Counted from the first letter of the stretch, positions 1 through 9,175 are shown. The stretch: DNA of 40,748 bases from an uncultured Bdellovibrionales bacterium (GCA_964483635.1 CAZABS010000002.1:1-40748); one strand, 5' to 3'. Numbers and translations are program-made. The notes: generated from the sequence alone by a model not told the origin.

Positions 1-714
1 CTAATCTTTGATAATCGTCCCGACGAATTTCTTGCCAGCAATATAATTCGTGACATTATCAAGATCTCCACCATTAAGGATGGCTACTTCCATATTTTCT
101 GACTCAGCCATTTGAGAAGCGATCGGATCAAAAGGTGAATTCATTCCGGGATTCCATTTCGAACCGACAATTTTCCGAAAAGCTTTCCAGGTCAGATTAT
201 CAAATGACTTCGCATCACTATGGGTTCGTGGATCTTTATCATATACCCGTTCAACGTTTGAAAGGTTAACGATGCGTTTCACATCGAGATACTTCCCCAA
301 CACCACCGCATCAAAATCTGTCGAGAACCCAGGTCGCCAACCAGCCGCGACGAGAATTGGCTCGGGCGCTCCATAAAAATCCTCAAGGTCATGAGGATTG
401 GTATTGATCCTTGGATGAGCATACTCACGGAAAATGGTTCGGACGAGATGCGCATTCATACGGGTTGCATGAATTCCGAGCCAATCTTTGTCTTCATCAG
501 TAATCTTGGTCACCGTAGCGGCGGTATCAATATATTTCCGAGCCGTCTTCCCTCCACCCGTAACCAAGATAAAGTGATACCCGAGTTTGAGATGCGCCAA
601 TATAAATTTCTTAAAGTTAGCAACAAATTCTCGATCAATAGACTCTGGAACGAGGAGCGACCCGCCGAGAGAAATAATAATTCGCTCTTTCATCGGATAT
701 TTCTTTTTCATCAT
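1..714 (-). CDS. pyrH: UMP kinase, archaeal-type (amino-acid-kinase fold)
   Basis: Complete ORF (TAG at 1-3, ATG at 712-714 or 709-711). Motifs RIIISLGGSLLVPE and ILVTGGGKTARKYI, plus the 237-aa length, match archaeal PyrH as I remember it rather than the bacterial KLSGE type. The start overlaps the proS stop (711-713). Confidence 0.7.
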   Translation of the reverse strand: MMKKKYPMKERIIISLGGSLLVPESIDREFVANFKKFILAHLKLGYHFILVTGGGKTARKYIDTAATVTKITDEDKDWLGIHATRMNAHLVRTIFREYAHPRINTNPHDLEDFYGAPEPILVAAGWRPGFSTDFDAVVLGKYLDVKRIVNLSNVERVYDKDPRTHSDAKSFDNLTWKAFRKIVGSKWNPGMNSPFDPIASQMAESENMEVAILNGGDLDNVTNYIAGKKFVGTIIKD

Positions 715-1952
715 TTTTGGGTAAAGAATGAAATGAGTGAGTCAAAAGGAACTACGCTTGTTTCTTCTTTGGTTCGAGCTTTTACCTCTGCCGTCCCAGA
801 TTCAAGACTTCGCTTACCCACCACCACTCGATAGGGTATCCCCAAAAGATCTGCGTCGGCAAACTTTTCACCCGCACTTCCCGCCCGATCGTCATAGAGC
901 ACCTCAATCCCAGCTCGAGTGAGCGCATCGTAAATTTCAGCAGTCTTTTCATCTGCACCAAGCGATATGAGATGCACTCGAAAGGGTGCCACGCTTTCTG
1001 GCCAGACAATTCCTTTTTCATCTGCGAACCTTTCAACGATGACTCCCATGAGTCGCGTAATTCCAATTCCATACGATCCCAGAATTACCGGTTGATTTTC
1101 TCCTGCTTTGTTTTTGAAAGAAAGCCCAAGCTGTTCACTCTTTGCTCCACCAAAACTGAAGATATTTCCAACTTCAGCAGCCTTCACTTCCTCTAACTCT
1201 TCCCGTTCTACTCCTAGCTGCTTTAAGACATCATCCGTGAGCACTTCGGCATTAATCGCAAGCTTTTTCCCACGATGGAGGTATATCACGTCTTCTCCGG
1301 CCTCAGTCAGGGTTTGAAATTCATGACTAAACTGGGTAAACGCACCACCAGAAGCAAACGTTACAAAAGTAACATCTCCCAAACCAACTCTTTCAAAGAC
1401 TCGTAAATACGCCTCAGTCACCGCTGCATAGAATTTTTGATGAGCCTCCTCAGTTTCGCAGTAAGAATAGAGATCTTTCATGACAAACTCACGTCCACGC
1501 ATAATTCCACTCTTGGCACGAAGCTCATTGCGCAATTTTGTTTGAAACTGGTACACATACGCTGGCAAATCACGATAACTTGCAAGATAGTTTTTCATCA
1601 TCTCAGTAATCTGCTCCTCATGAGACCAACCGAAACCAACTTCCGTACCATTTTTCAGGACTGATTTAAACCAGACGTCCACCTTTGTATCATCCCAACG
1701 ATCGGTTTTCTCCCACAACTCCTTGCGCTGTAAACTCGTCATGATAAGCTCCTGTCCACCGATCGCATTCATTTCCTCCCGAACAATTTGCTTTATCTTC
1801 TCGATTACTCGCAAACCGAGAGGAAGATACGCATAAACCCCTGCCATTTCCTTGTGGATATAACCCGCTCGAATAAGAAGCGAGGCATTACGACTCACCT
1901 CATCTTTCGGTGCCGTTTTCGAAGTTTTCGTGAATAATTGAGTTTGGCGCAT
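711..1952 (-). CDS. proS: Prolyl-tRNA synthetase, minimal bacterial-type lacking the INS editing domain
   Basis: N-terminus MRQTQLFTKTSKTAPKDEVSRNASLLIRAGYI...GVYAYLPLG, class II motif 2 region RGREFVMKDLYSY, and a C-terminal class II anticodon-binding domain (FRVHLISLG...GIPYRVVVG). Only 413 aa. Confidence 0.85.
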   Translation of the reverse strand: MRQTQLFTKTSKTAPKDEVSRNASLLIRAGYIHKEMAGVYAYLPLGLRVIEKIKQIVREEMNAIGGQELIMTSLQRKELWEKTDRWDDTKVDVWFKSVLKNGTEVGFGWSHEEQITEMMKNYLASYRDLPAYVYQFQTKLRNELRAKSGIMRGREFVMKDLYSYCETEEAHQKFYAAVTEAYLRVFERVGLGDVTFVTFASGGAFTQFSHEFQTLTEAGEDVIYLHRGKKLAINAEVLTDDVLKQLGVEREELEEVKAAEVGNIFSFGGAKSEQLGLSFKNKAGENQPVILGSYGIGITRLMGVIVERFADEKGIVWPESVAPFRVHLISLGADEKTAEIYDALTRAGIEVLYDDRAGSAGEKFADADLLGIPYRVVVGKRSLESGTAEVKARTKEETSVVPFDSLISFFTQK

Positions 1953-2034
1953 AGGTAATTATTTTCCTTTAGTGTAGGGAAAAACCAGCCCTGTGTCAAA
2001 AGGGAGCACTCCGAAAAACTCGAGTAAAAAAGCA

Positions 2035-3174
2035 TTAAAAAGTGAGAGAAAGTGTTTCTTCTTTCCCGTCACGGAGTACTAAAAAAGAAACCTCATCGCC
2101 GCGTGCATACTGTCCGAGCGCAGCTGAGAGAGGATTATCTAAATTAATTTCTTCACCATTCACGGCGATAATAATATCGCCAAAGCGCAATCCGATTTTT
2201 TCTGCAACGCTCCCCGAGAGAACAGCGAGGCTGGTTCGTCCCGACGGGGCATACACGAGGGCTCCTCGATCACGAGAAAGACCCGTGGCAATAGCAGAGG
2301 CTTTCGTCAGAGCACGATAGGAAATACCCAAAACCGGTCGTTCCCCCAAAGTCCCACGAATAGCTCGCTCAAGAGACATTCGAAGAGCATTTGCTGGAAG
2401 TAAAAATGCCTGCTGTGTGCCGTCAAAACGGAGTGTTCCAACTAATCCAACCATTTCGCCATTGAACCCAATCGCTGGGCCGCCGACAAAATTCTCAAGA
2501 CTCGCGAGATCCATCTCAAAAACACCCTCCCATTTTTCGGAAGATGAAACTGTTTGACCAGCTAGATTGAAGGTACGGTTGTTATTTCCAAGAATTCCTA
2601 CCGCAAGCTGATTTTGATACTCGACACTCGAATTCCCAATCACAATAAGCTTTCTTCCCACCCGACTATCATCTGAATTCGCTAATGCAATAGCAGGAAC
2701 ATTGACCCCCTCCACTCGATAGTACACGACATTCATCAAGGTATCCGTGGCAATATAGCGAGCTTTTTGGCTCGTCCCGTCATAAAAAAGAACTTCTACT
2801 TCAGCATCGGGTGCAATAAGCGGCGCCACCGTATAGGTTACTACTAAACCATCGTTGGTCAGGAGCACACCGGTTTGTTGAGTGGATTGCTTTTCTTTCC
2901 GAGCAATAAGACTCACCACAGCGGTGGCTGGTTGTGAAACAATCCTCTCAACCGTGTCATCTTCACGAATAACCACCTGTTCAGTTTTTTGAACAATCGT
3001 TACGCGCTCAGTTAAATTTTGTAAGAAATGAAACTGAGAAAATGGCTTTGTACTGGCAAGCTGAGGAATAAGACGGTGTTCGAAATACACCCCCGCTCCT
3101 CCTCCCACTGCAAAGATAAAGAGGGTGAAGAAAAAAAAGCGTATTCCTTTTTTGACCTGAATTTCATGAAACAT
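2035..3174 (-). CDS. HtrA-like trypsin-fold plus PDZ protein with the catalytic His and Ser replaced (predicted pseudoprotease), N-terminal TM anchor
   Basis: Collinear with the HtrA at 4037-5323 and carries a clear C-terminal PDZ (GALVYAPSG...GLRFGDIIIAVNGEEI). The His box is VVTYTVAP (active copy VVTNKHVV) and the Ser box is ENFVGGPA (active copy GNSGGPL). Confidence 0.6.
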   Translation of the reverse strand: MFHEIQVKKGIRFFFFTLFIFAVGGGAGVYFEHRLIPQLASTKPFSQFHFLQNLTERVTIVQKTEQVVIREDDTVERIVSQPATAVVSLIARKEKQSTQQTGVLLTNDGLVVTYTVAPLIAPDAEVEVLFYDGTSQKARYIATDTLMNVVYYRVEGVNVPAIALANSDDSRVGRKLIVIGNSSVEYQNQLAVGILGNNNRTFNLAGQTVSSSEKWEGVFEMDLASLENFVGGPAIGFNGEMVGLVGTLRFDGTQQAFLLPANALRMSLERAIRGTLGERPVLGISYRALTKASAIATGLSRDRGALVYAPSGRTSLAVLSGSVAEKIGLRFGDIIIAVNGEEINLDNPLSAALGQYARGDEVSFLVLRDGKEETLSLTF

Positions 3175-3256
3175 ATTGTTTCCTTAGTGCTCCTGGTATA
3201 CCACACCCCGCGTCTCCAGGCAATCCAATACTCCTCAACACGTCTCGTTTCTTATT

Positions 3257-4012
3257 TTAAACCACCATCCTCCAAGGAGAAGACGTGAGGAGGAGGATCA
3301 GTAACCCAAGCAAGATAAGGCTTTCAATCAAGAAACCTTTTTGGGAAAAATTCCCTCGAAGGGCATCAAACACGACTTTCCAGATCCAATAATACAAGAG
3401 GAGTGTGGCAATTCCAGACGTCAAGTATCCAAACGGCCAAAAATGGAGAAGCCAAATAAACTCACCAAAAATGAGTCCAAGGCAGGTGCTGAGAAGAAGA
3501 ATAAAGGATTTTCTCTCCGGAGCTAGTGCCAACAGCGTTTGAAAGCTCACGACAAATGTTGCGCCATAAAATACTGCCATAAGGAGCCAAAGTGGCACCT
3601 CATAATTCAGATAGAGCCCATATGAAGCAGCGTACACAAAAAAGAGACTCCCGAGCGCGGCAACGTTTTGCATAGCTCGAGCCGTTTGATCACACGGAGC
3701 AGTGTGTAATCGATAAATACCAAGCAGAGAAAAATAATATAATCCACTCGCACCAAAAATAAAGATCTGCTGTCGCAGTGATTCATCGATCAGAGATAAT
3801 AGGAGCGGAGCACTAAACGCCACCACCCCGGGAAGAAACGCTGAGATCAACCGCCCCACAAGTCGTTTCGCTGCAACACCAGAAAGAATGAGGAGTGGAA
3901 TAATCGTTGAAAGATAAAACGTCCAAGAGGGTACACTCGCCCGTTCAGTAATCCATGTGAGAAAGAGAAAAAACAATAGCGAATAAAAGAATATAGCAAC
4001 ATGGAATATCAT
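3257..4012 (-). CDS. Polytopic integral membrane protein, unknown function
   Basis: 251-aa ORF, almost entirely hydrophobic helices (about 7). It lies between the two HtrA-like genes with short gaps. No family recognised. Confidence 0.55.
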   Translation of the reverse strand: MIFHVAIFFYSLLFFLFLTWITERASVPSWTFYLSTIIPLLILSGVAAKRLVGRLISAFLPGVVAFSAPLLLSLIDESLRQQIFIFGASGLYYFSLLGIYRLHTAPCDQTARAMQNVAALGSLFFVYAASYGLYLNYEVPLWLLMAVFYGATFVVSFQTLLALAPERKSFILLLSTCLGLIFGEFIWLLHFWPFGYLTSGIATLLLYYWIWKVVFDALRGNFSQKGFLIESLILLGLLILLLTSSPWRMVV

Positions 4013-4036
4013 ACTTCGTACCGTTCGCTTTAGAGC

Positions 4037-5323
4037 TTACTCCCGTTCTTCAAGTCGTACGTTTATTTCCTTTACTTCTCCCTTATGCCACAGTTTGAGG
4101 GTGACTTCTTCGCCCACTGAACGCTCACCAATGAGCTTCCCAAGTGGATGTTCAGCATCAACCTTTTGCCCCTGAAATTCCAGAATAATATCATTTTCCA
4201 TAATCCCGGCCTTGTCAGCGGGCGACCCAGGAATCACAGCGAAATCGGTCATGGTCTCACCCCGCAAAACCAACGCCCCATAATTATACGGAAGATTGTT
4301 GTTCTTTTGGATAGAATCGTTCAGCGGGATATAGCGCACTCCCAGATACGGCGTCGAAATTTTCCCGGTTGCTTTCACTTCATTCACTGCCCGCTTAATT
4401 GAGTTCACGGGAATAGCAAAACCGATGTTTTCCGCGCCTTGTGCCACCGCCACGTTCACTCCCACCACCTCTCCAAATAAATTGAGGAGTGGCCCCCCAG
4501 AATTCCCCGGATTAATGGCAGCATCGGTTTGGATGATGTTCGTGAGTTTTTCGACATCCCCTAGAAATTGAGAACCCGCGGTCACATCTCGTTGAAGACC
4601 CGAGACAATTCCTCGTGAAACAGAATTCGCAAACTCGCCCAAAGGATTTCCGATGGCAATAGCGGTCTGTCCCACCTTGAGTGTATCCGAGTCACCGAGT
4701 GGAAGCGCCGGGAAATCAGTCCCTTCAATTTTCAAGAGCGCAATATCATTGTTTGGATCACGTGCCAAGACCGTAGCTCCGTATTCTTTTCCGTCGTTAG
4801 TAATAATCGTATATTCGGCAGTCGTATCCGACACGACGTGCTTATTCGTCACGACTAACCCTTCTGCCGAAACAATAAATCCTGACCCACTCCCTACTTG
4901 ACGCTTCGTCGAATCATCTGTTGAACCTTGCGGTGATTGTTCTAGGTCATCGATACCAAAAGGACTAAAGAAAAACGGAAAACCTCCAAATCCACCCCGT
5001 TTCAATTGTGGGACATCTTTGGTAATGACAATACTCACTACACCGCGTGTACTTTTCTCTACAACATCAATCACTGCTTGATCTTCAGCCACGGCATTCT
5101 CCTTCGCTTCTTGAATATCTTCCGATGTCGGTTCGACCGTCTGCCTTCCAAGATTCGCCAGATGAATCTTCTCACTCACCGTCGCCAATTTTCCACCCGC
5201 AAAACCAAAAAGGAGAGCGCTTACAAGAAGAAGGATCCAACTTGATAAGCGAAGCTCTGGTCGCGAAACATGTGCTGGGGTTTCCTGAGGAACGTTTTGA
5301 ATTGGGGTAAGAGGAGTTTCCAT
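4037..5323 (-). CDS. htrA: HtrA/DegP-family serine protease with one PDZ domain, membrane-anchored
   Basis: Intact triad boxes GSGFIVSAEGLVVTNKHVV (His), NDIALLKIEG (Asp) and NPGNSGGPLLN (Ser). C-terminal PDZ (GSPADKAGIMENDIILEFQG). N-terminal TM WILLLVSALLFGFAGG. Confidence 0.88.
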   Translation of the reverse strand: METPLTPIQNVPQETPAHVSRPELRLSSWILLLVSALLFGFAGGKLATVSEKIHLANLGRQTVEPTSEDIQEAKENAVAEDQAVIDVVEKSTRGVVSIVITKDVPQLKRGGFGGFPFFFSPFGIDDLEQSPQGSTDDSTKRQVGSGSGFIVSAEGLVVTNKHVVSDTTAEYTIITNDGKEYGATVLARDPNNDIALLKIEGTDFPALPLGDSDTLKVGQTAIAIGNPLGEFANSVSRGIVSGLQRDVTAGSQFLGDVEKLTNIIQTDAAINPGNSGGPLLNLFGEVVGVNVAVAQGAENIGFAIPVNSIKRAVNEVKATGKISTPYLGVRYIPLNDSIQKNNNLPYNYGALVLRGETMTDFAVIPGSPADKAGIMENDIILEFQGQKVDAEHPLGKLIGERSVGEEVTLKLWHKGEVKEINVRLEERE

Positions 5324-5361
5324 TTTTTTATTCGTTACTACTTACAAAATACTTAGTTTTT

Positions 5362-6408
5362 TCATAATAAAAGGGTTGGATCACCATCCGCTTTTTCGAG
5401 AAGTTTCTTTTCAAACTCAAGAAATGGACCCGGTTGGAAATCGATCTCTGCAGAATCTGCGTTCCATTCGTATTCACGAGACCAAACCCGAAGAGGAAGC
5501 TTGCGAAGCTCTTCTGAAAGCCAGTCACTAAATGATGTTTTTTCAACAAAAATTTGACGTAAGTGGTAGAGCTGTTTCCCATTTTCAAACTTTGTTTCTT
5601 CGACGAGCAACAAATGAAACCCGAGATCACTTTCAACAATATCTGAAACGACGTTGCGCTTAGCCTTTTCAACCGGCTTTTGGAGATCTGGAGCCAAATC
5701 ATCTATCGTAAACCAGCCGAGTTCGCCACCCTTACTTGCCGTTTGCCCCTCGGAAAATTCTTGGGCGACATCTGAAAACGAAACTCCCTGCTTAAGTTTC
5801 GCTGCAGCCTTCTCTATTTTCTCGGAAGCGCCCTCTCGCTGCTTGGTATCCTTGCCAAATTCCTCTCGAAGTTTCTCTTCATATAAGCTTGGTCGAACGA
5901 CTTTTGCAGAAAAATCTGAAAGAGTCCATCCGTAGAGTCGTGCAAGGCTTTGTTCGACTCGAGTTTCCGTACCGAGCTCAGCAAGCTTCATCTCAACTCC
6001 CCGCTGCGCTTCTTCGGGTGTCACAAAAATCCCATGCGAGTGAGCTAATCGTTCCATCGCCCGATCCTCAATCATCTTGTTGAGTAAATCTTTCTCTCGG
6101 AGTTTCAGACGCATCTGGCCGTCTTCGGTCGAAAAATCAATACGCATTCCAACCTTACTAAAATCTTGACTCTCATAAAAGCGCCGGATGGAAAGCATAT
6201 TTTCTCCGAGATCACGCGAAGTAACCACATCGCTCCATCCGATACTCACCACGGGGAGCGGAATCAAGCGAGCAATGCGAACGGCTAAGGCATTTCCAGG
6301 CCAAGCGTATAAAAATCCCCCCACACCACAAATCACAAGGAGTGTCGCTGTCACTATACCCAGAAAAAGGGTCCGAGGAATTATTTTCAAGTGAGTATTT
6401 TTCCCCAT
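5362..6408 (-). CDS. Parvulin-type peptidyl-prolyl isomerase (PrsA/SurA-like), membrane-anchored
   Basis: N-terminal TM, then a chaperone-like helical region and a PpiC/rotamase core FSDVAQEFSEGQTASKGGELGWFT...DLGFHLLLVEE. Confidence 0.75.
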   Translation of the reverse strand: MGKNTHLKIIPRTLFLGIVTATLLVICGVGGFLYAWPGNALAVRIARLIPLPVVSIGWSDVVTSRDLGENMLSIRRFYESQDFSKVGMRIDFSTEDGQMRLKLREKDLLNKMIEDRAMERLAHSHGIFVTPEEAQRGVEMKLAELGTETRVEQSLARLYGWTLSDFSAKVVRPSLYEEKLREEFGKDTKQREGASEKIEKAAAKLKQGVSFSDVAQEFSEGQTASKGGELGWFTIDDLAPDLQKPVEKAKRNVVSDIVESDLGFHLLLVEETKFENGKQLYHLRQIFVEKTSFSDWLSEELRKLPLRVWSREYEWNADSAEIDFQPGPFLEFEKKLLEKADGDPTLLL

Positions 6409-6417
6409 ATCGAGTGC

Positions 6418-6807
6418 TTACTGATAAAAAAGGCGCAACCACTTTTGATAATTCGGAACCAGATCGTTGACGCTTTGTTCGCCTTTCCGAGCTTCATGAT
6501 CCAGTATTTCTGTTTCAGCCGCCATCATCTCTGGTCGAACTAAGACCACTTCTTCATCCTGACGCCTGTAACCGAGTTTTTGTTTCGCCTCTTGCTCTTG
6601 AAAATTCGGTGAGGAGAAATATGCAATCTTTTCTGATAGTCCCTGATTTTCCCGATCTATTTTCTCCGCTTCTGCTCGAAGCAAATCCACCTCTCTCTGG
6701 ATCCGCTCTCCTCGTTCATACTCTCTCCATGTTAGAGCTCCTGCTCCTACCGACCCGAGAAGAAGGAAGGCCAAAACAATCCGGGTGATCGGCGACTTCC
6801 AATTCAT
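6418..6807 (-). CDS. Septum formation initiator family protein (FtsB/DivIC-like)
   Basis: 129 aa with a single N-terminal TM followed by a coiled coil (REVDLLRAEAEKIDRENQGLSEKI) and the EQEAKQKLGYRRQDEEVV motif typical of FtsB/DivIC. Confidence 0.55.
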   Translation of the reverse strand: MNWKSPITRIVLAFLLLGSVGAGALTWREYERGERIQREVDLLRAEAEKIDRENQGLSEKIAYFSSPNFQEQEAKQKLGYRRQDEEVVLVRPEMMAAETEILDHEARKGEQSVNDLVPNYQKWLRLFYQ

Positions 6808-6810
6808 AGG

Positions 6811-6921
6811 TTAACTATAAAACATGGGTGCGACCAGGAAAAGGAGCATAGACAATACAACCAACAACGAAAGGATGGCCCATGCGACCGATATTTTTTT
6901 GCGACGAGAGGCAAAACTCAT
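6811..6921 (-). CDS. Small (36-aa) single-TM membrane protein; absent from the ORF track because it is under 60 aa
   Basis: Hand translation gives MSFASRRKKISVAWAILSLLVVLSMLLFLVAPMFYS, with ATG at 6919-6921 and TAA at 6811-6813. AGGA lies 5 nt upstream of the ATG. The ORF fills the dus to ftsB-like gap and ends 3 nt before the ftsB-like start. Confidence 0.35.
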   Translation of the reverse strand: MSFASRRKKISVAWAILSLLVVLSMLLFLVAPMFYS

Positions 6922-6955
6922 AGCATTCCTATTGTATCAAAAATGAGACGAGGGC

Positions 6956-7972
6956 TCAATGATGAGGTAAAACAGCCTCCTCAAGCGAAATGAACGCTGT
7001 ACCATCATGAGTTCGTAGAAACCGCTCCACGAGAAGTGTCACCTCTTCCGCCGCCTGAGCTTCCATCATGGAGGCACGCAGTTCTTTGGCACCTGGAAAC
7101 CCGGCTACATATGCCTGATAATGTTTTTTCAAGAGGCTGTGACTTTTGGTATCTTTCCAGGTTTCAAGAAAAATTGCCGAGAGCTCCAAAGCAGCTTCGA
7201 GACGTTCTCGCACAGTCACCCTTGTTTTCGTTTCATCAAAAAGCCATGGGTTTCCAAAGATGGCTCGACCCAACATCACGCCCTGACAGCCAGTCTCTTC
7301 TACTAACACACGCGCTTCCCGAATATTTCTTACATCTCCATTACCAATAATGAGCGTTCCGGTTCCGTATGCGAGACGCACAGCATCTTTGATGCGATTC
7401 CAGTGAGCTGGAACACTTGACATTTCCTTTTTTGTTCGAGCGTGCAGGGTTATCACCGCTGGCTTGGTTTCAAGAAGAGCCGGGAGCCAGGTTTCCAAAT
7501 CATCTTCGTTATAACCCAATCTTGTTTTCACCGAAACAGGGATTTCCCCATTGACTCCCCCAAGAGCCGCACGAATAATTTCCTGGGCTTGTTTTGGATT
7601 TCGCATGCAATTCGCTCCCGCCCCCTGCTTCATAACATTCTTATCCGGACAACCCATATTGATATCGAGGCCATCAAAACCGAGCTCCCGCACCATCCGC
7701 GCTGCACGAAACATGGTATCGGGATTTCCCGTAAAGAGCTGTGCCACAATTGGACGTTCTTCTTCATCAAAACGAAGATCACGCGCAAGCGCCAAAAGAC
7801 CCTTCGGATGACAGAGCCCATCAGCGGCAACAAACTCAGTCCACATAACATCGGGTTTTCTGTGCTTCACAATAAATTTTCGGAAAGCCGCGTCCGTCAC
7901 ATTGGCCAGTGGTGCCAACGCAAAGAATGGCTGAGGAAGTTTTTCCCAAAATCCAAGATAGGGTTGTTCCAT
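6956..7972 (-). CDS. dus: tRNA-dihydrouridine synthase
   Basis: FALAPLANVTDAAFRKF, FDGLDINMGCP (catalytic Cys) and ITLHARTK are typical Dus TIM-barrel motifs. Confidence 0.85.
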   Translation of the reverse strand: MEQPYLGFWEKLPQPFFALAPLANVTDAAFRKFIVKHRKPDVMWTEFVAADGLCHPKGLLALARDLRFDEEERPIVAQLFTGNPDTMFRAARMVRELGFDGLDINMGCPDKNVMKQGAGANCMRNPKQAQEIIRAALGGVNGEIPVSVKTRLGYNEDDLETWLPALLETKPAVITLHARTKKEMSSVPAHWNRIKDAVRLAYGTGTLIIGNGDVRNIREARVLVEETGCQGVMLGRAIFGNPWLFDETKTRVTVRERLEAALELSAIFLETWKDTKSHSLLKKHYQAYVAGFPGAKELRASMMEAQAAEEVTLLVERFLRTHDGTAFISLEEAVLPHH

Positions 7973-7993
7973 AATGCTAGAACCTTACCAAGA

Positions 7994-8022
7994 TTGACAA
8001 ACTCTCGCAATATTGATAGATT
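7994..8022 (+). promoter_or_regulatory. Putative sigma70-type promoter of the Rrf2-suf operon (TTGACA-17-TAGATT) with a downstream 5-3-5 inverted repeat
   Basis: TTGACA at 7994-7999, 17-nt spacer, TAGATT at 8017-8022. The inverted repeat GACTA-ATT-TAGTC at 8031-8043 lies between the -10 box and the ATG (8050) and could be an Rrf2 operator. Confidence 0.4.
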
Positions 8023-8049
8023 GTATATCAGACTAATTTAGTCCACTTT

Positions 8050-8457
8050 ATGAAAGTTTCGAAAAAAGCTTACTACGGACTCCGGGCGGTTTTGGCTCTC
8101 GCGGTGATCAAAAAACCACTTTCCATCCACGCCCTGGCTGAGCTCGAACATCTGCCTGAAGATTACCTCGAAAAAATCCTCCAGGCACTTCGGCGGAAAG
8201 AAATTGTCGTGGCCCAAAAAGGCGCCTCAGGTGGCTATACCCTAGCTCACTCACCCGAAGATCTCACTCTGTGGGACATTGTCAGTGCTCTTGATGGACC
8301 ACTCAAAACTTTTGAACCCCCGATAGTGAAACATGGTTCGCTCCCCTGTCCACAAGTCTCACACTGTCAATCTAATGAAGTCTGGCGCATCCTTGAAGAG
8401 AGTATCGAAAATACACTCTCAAAGATCACCCTCCGAAAGATGATTCCCAAAGCCTAA
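8050..8457 (+). CDS. Rrf2-family transcriptional regulator (IscR/SufR-like by position)
   Basis: N-terminal wHTH MKVSKKAYYGLRAVLALA...LEKILQALRRKEIV is characteristic of Rrf2. The gene sits directly upstream of sufC. I see only two Cys (C-x5-C) in the ligand region. Confidence 0.8.
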   Translation: MKVSKKAYYGLRAVLALAVIKKPLSIHALAELEHLPEDYLEKILQALRRKEIVVAQKGASGGYTLAHSPEDLTLWDIVSALDGPLKTFEPPIVKHGSLPCPQVSHCQSNEVWRILEESIENTLSKITLRKMIPKA

Positions 8458-8461
8458 TCCT

Positions 8462-9175
8462 ATGCTCAAGATCAATCACCTCTCCGTCGCTATTGATAAA
8501 CAGCCGATTTTGAAACAGGTCAAAGTAGAGTTTTGCCCTGGAAAAACCTACGTGCTCATGGGTCCAAATGGCTCGGGGAAATCAACCCTCGCACTGAGTA
8601 TTCTCGGGAATCCAGCCTATACCATCCTTCGAGGAAGCCAAATTCTCCTTGATGGAAAAAATATTACACGGAAAGCGCCAAATGAGCGAGCAAGAATTGG
8701 TTACTTTCTTTCCTTCCAAAATCCACTGGCACTCTCTGGCGTCTCAGTGAAGGATCTCCTGCGAATCGCTCTCGAAAAAAAATACACCCCATTTGAACTC
8801 TCCCAGAAAATCACAGCTCTCGCGAAGGAGCTTAAAATCAAAGATGAACTCCTGACCCGTTCACTCAATGATGGGTTTTCTGGCGGTGAGAAAAAGAAAC
8901 TCGAGGCGCTTCAAGCAGTCCTTCTGGCTCCGAAGGTTGCCTTCTTCGATGAGATTGATACGGGAGTAGATGTTGATGCTCTCAAAATTATCAGTCAATT
9001 TCTCAGGAAGCATCTTCCAAAAGAAACGACGCTCGTTTTTATTACTCATTCAACGCGTCTTCTCAAATATTTGAAGCCCCAAAGGGTTCTCGTGATGAAA
9101 GATGGCAGGATTCTCAAAGAAGGAACTGCTACCCTCGCGAAAAAAATTGAAACGAGGGGTTTTGATTGGATTTGA
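8462..9175 (+). CDS. sufC: Fe-S cluster assembly ATPase SufC
   Basis: Walker A GPNGSGKST, ABC signature FSGGEKKK, Walker B VAFFDEIDTGVD, and the SufC-like N-terminus LKINHLSV. Confidence 0.9.
   Translation: MLKINHLSVAIDKQPILKQVKVEFCPGKTYVLMGPNGSGKSTLALSILGNPAYTILRGSQILLDGKNITRKAPNERARIGYFLSFQNPLALSGVSVKDLLRIALEKKYTPFELSQKITALAKELKIKDELLTRSLNDGFSGGEKKKLEALQAVLLAPKVAFFDEIDTGVDVDALKIISQFLRKHLPKETTLVFITHSTRLLKYLKPQRVLVMKDGRILKEGTATLAKKIETRGFDWI

Noticed and set aside
5328-5702. 124-aa minus-strand ORF overlapping the 3' end of the parvulin gene
   Set aside because: It is out of frame inside a gene with a clear PpiC domain, and the translation has no recognisable features.
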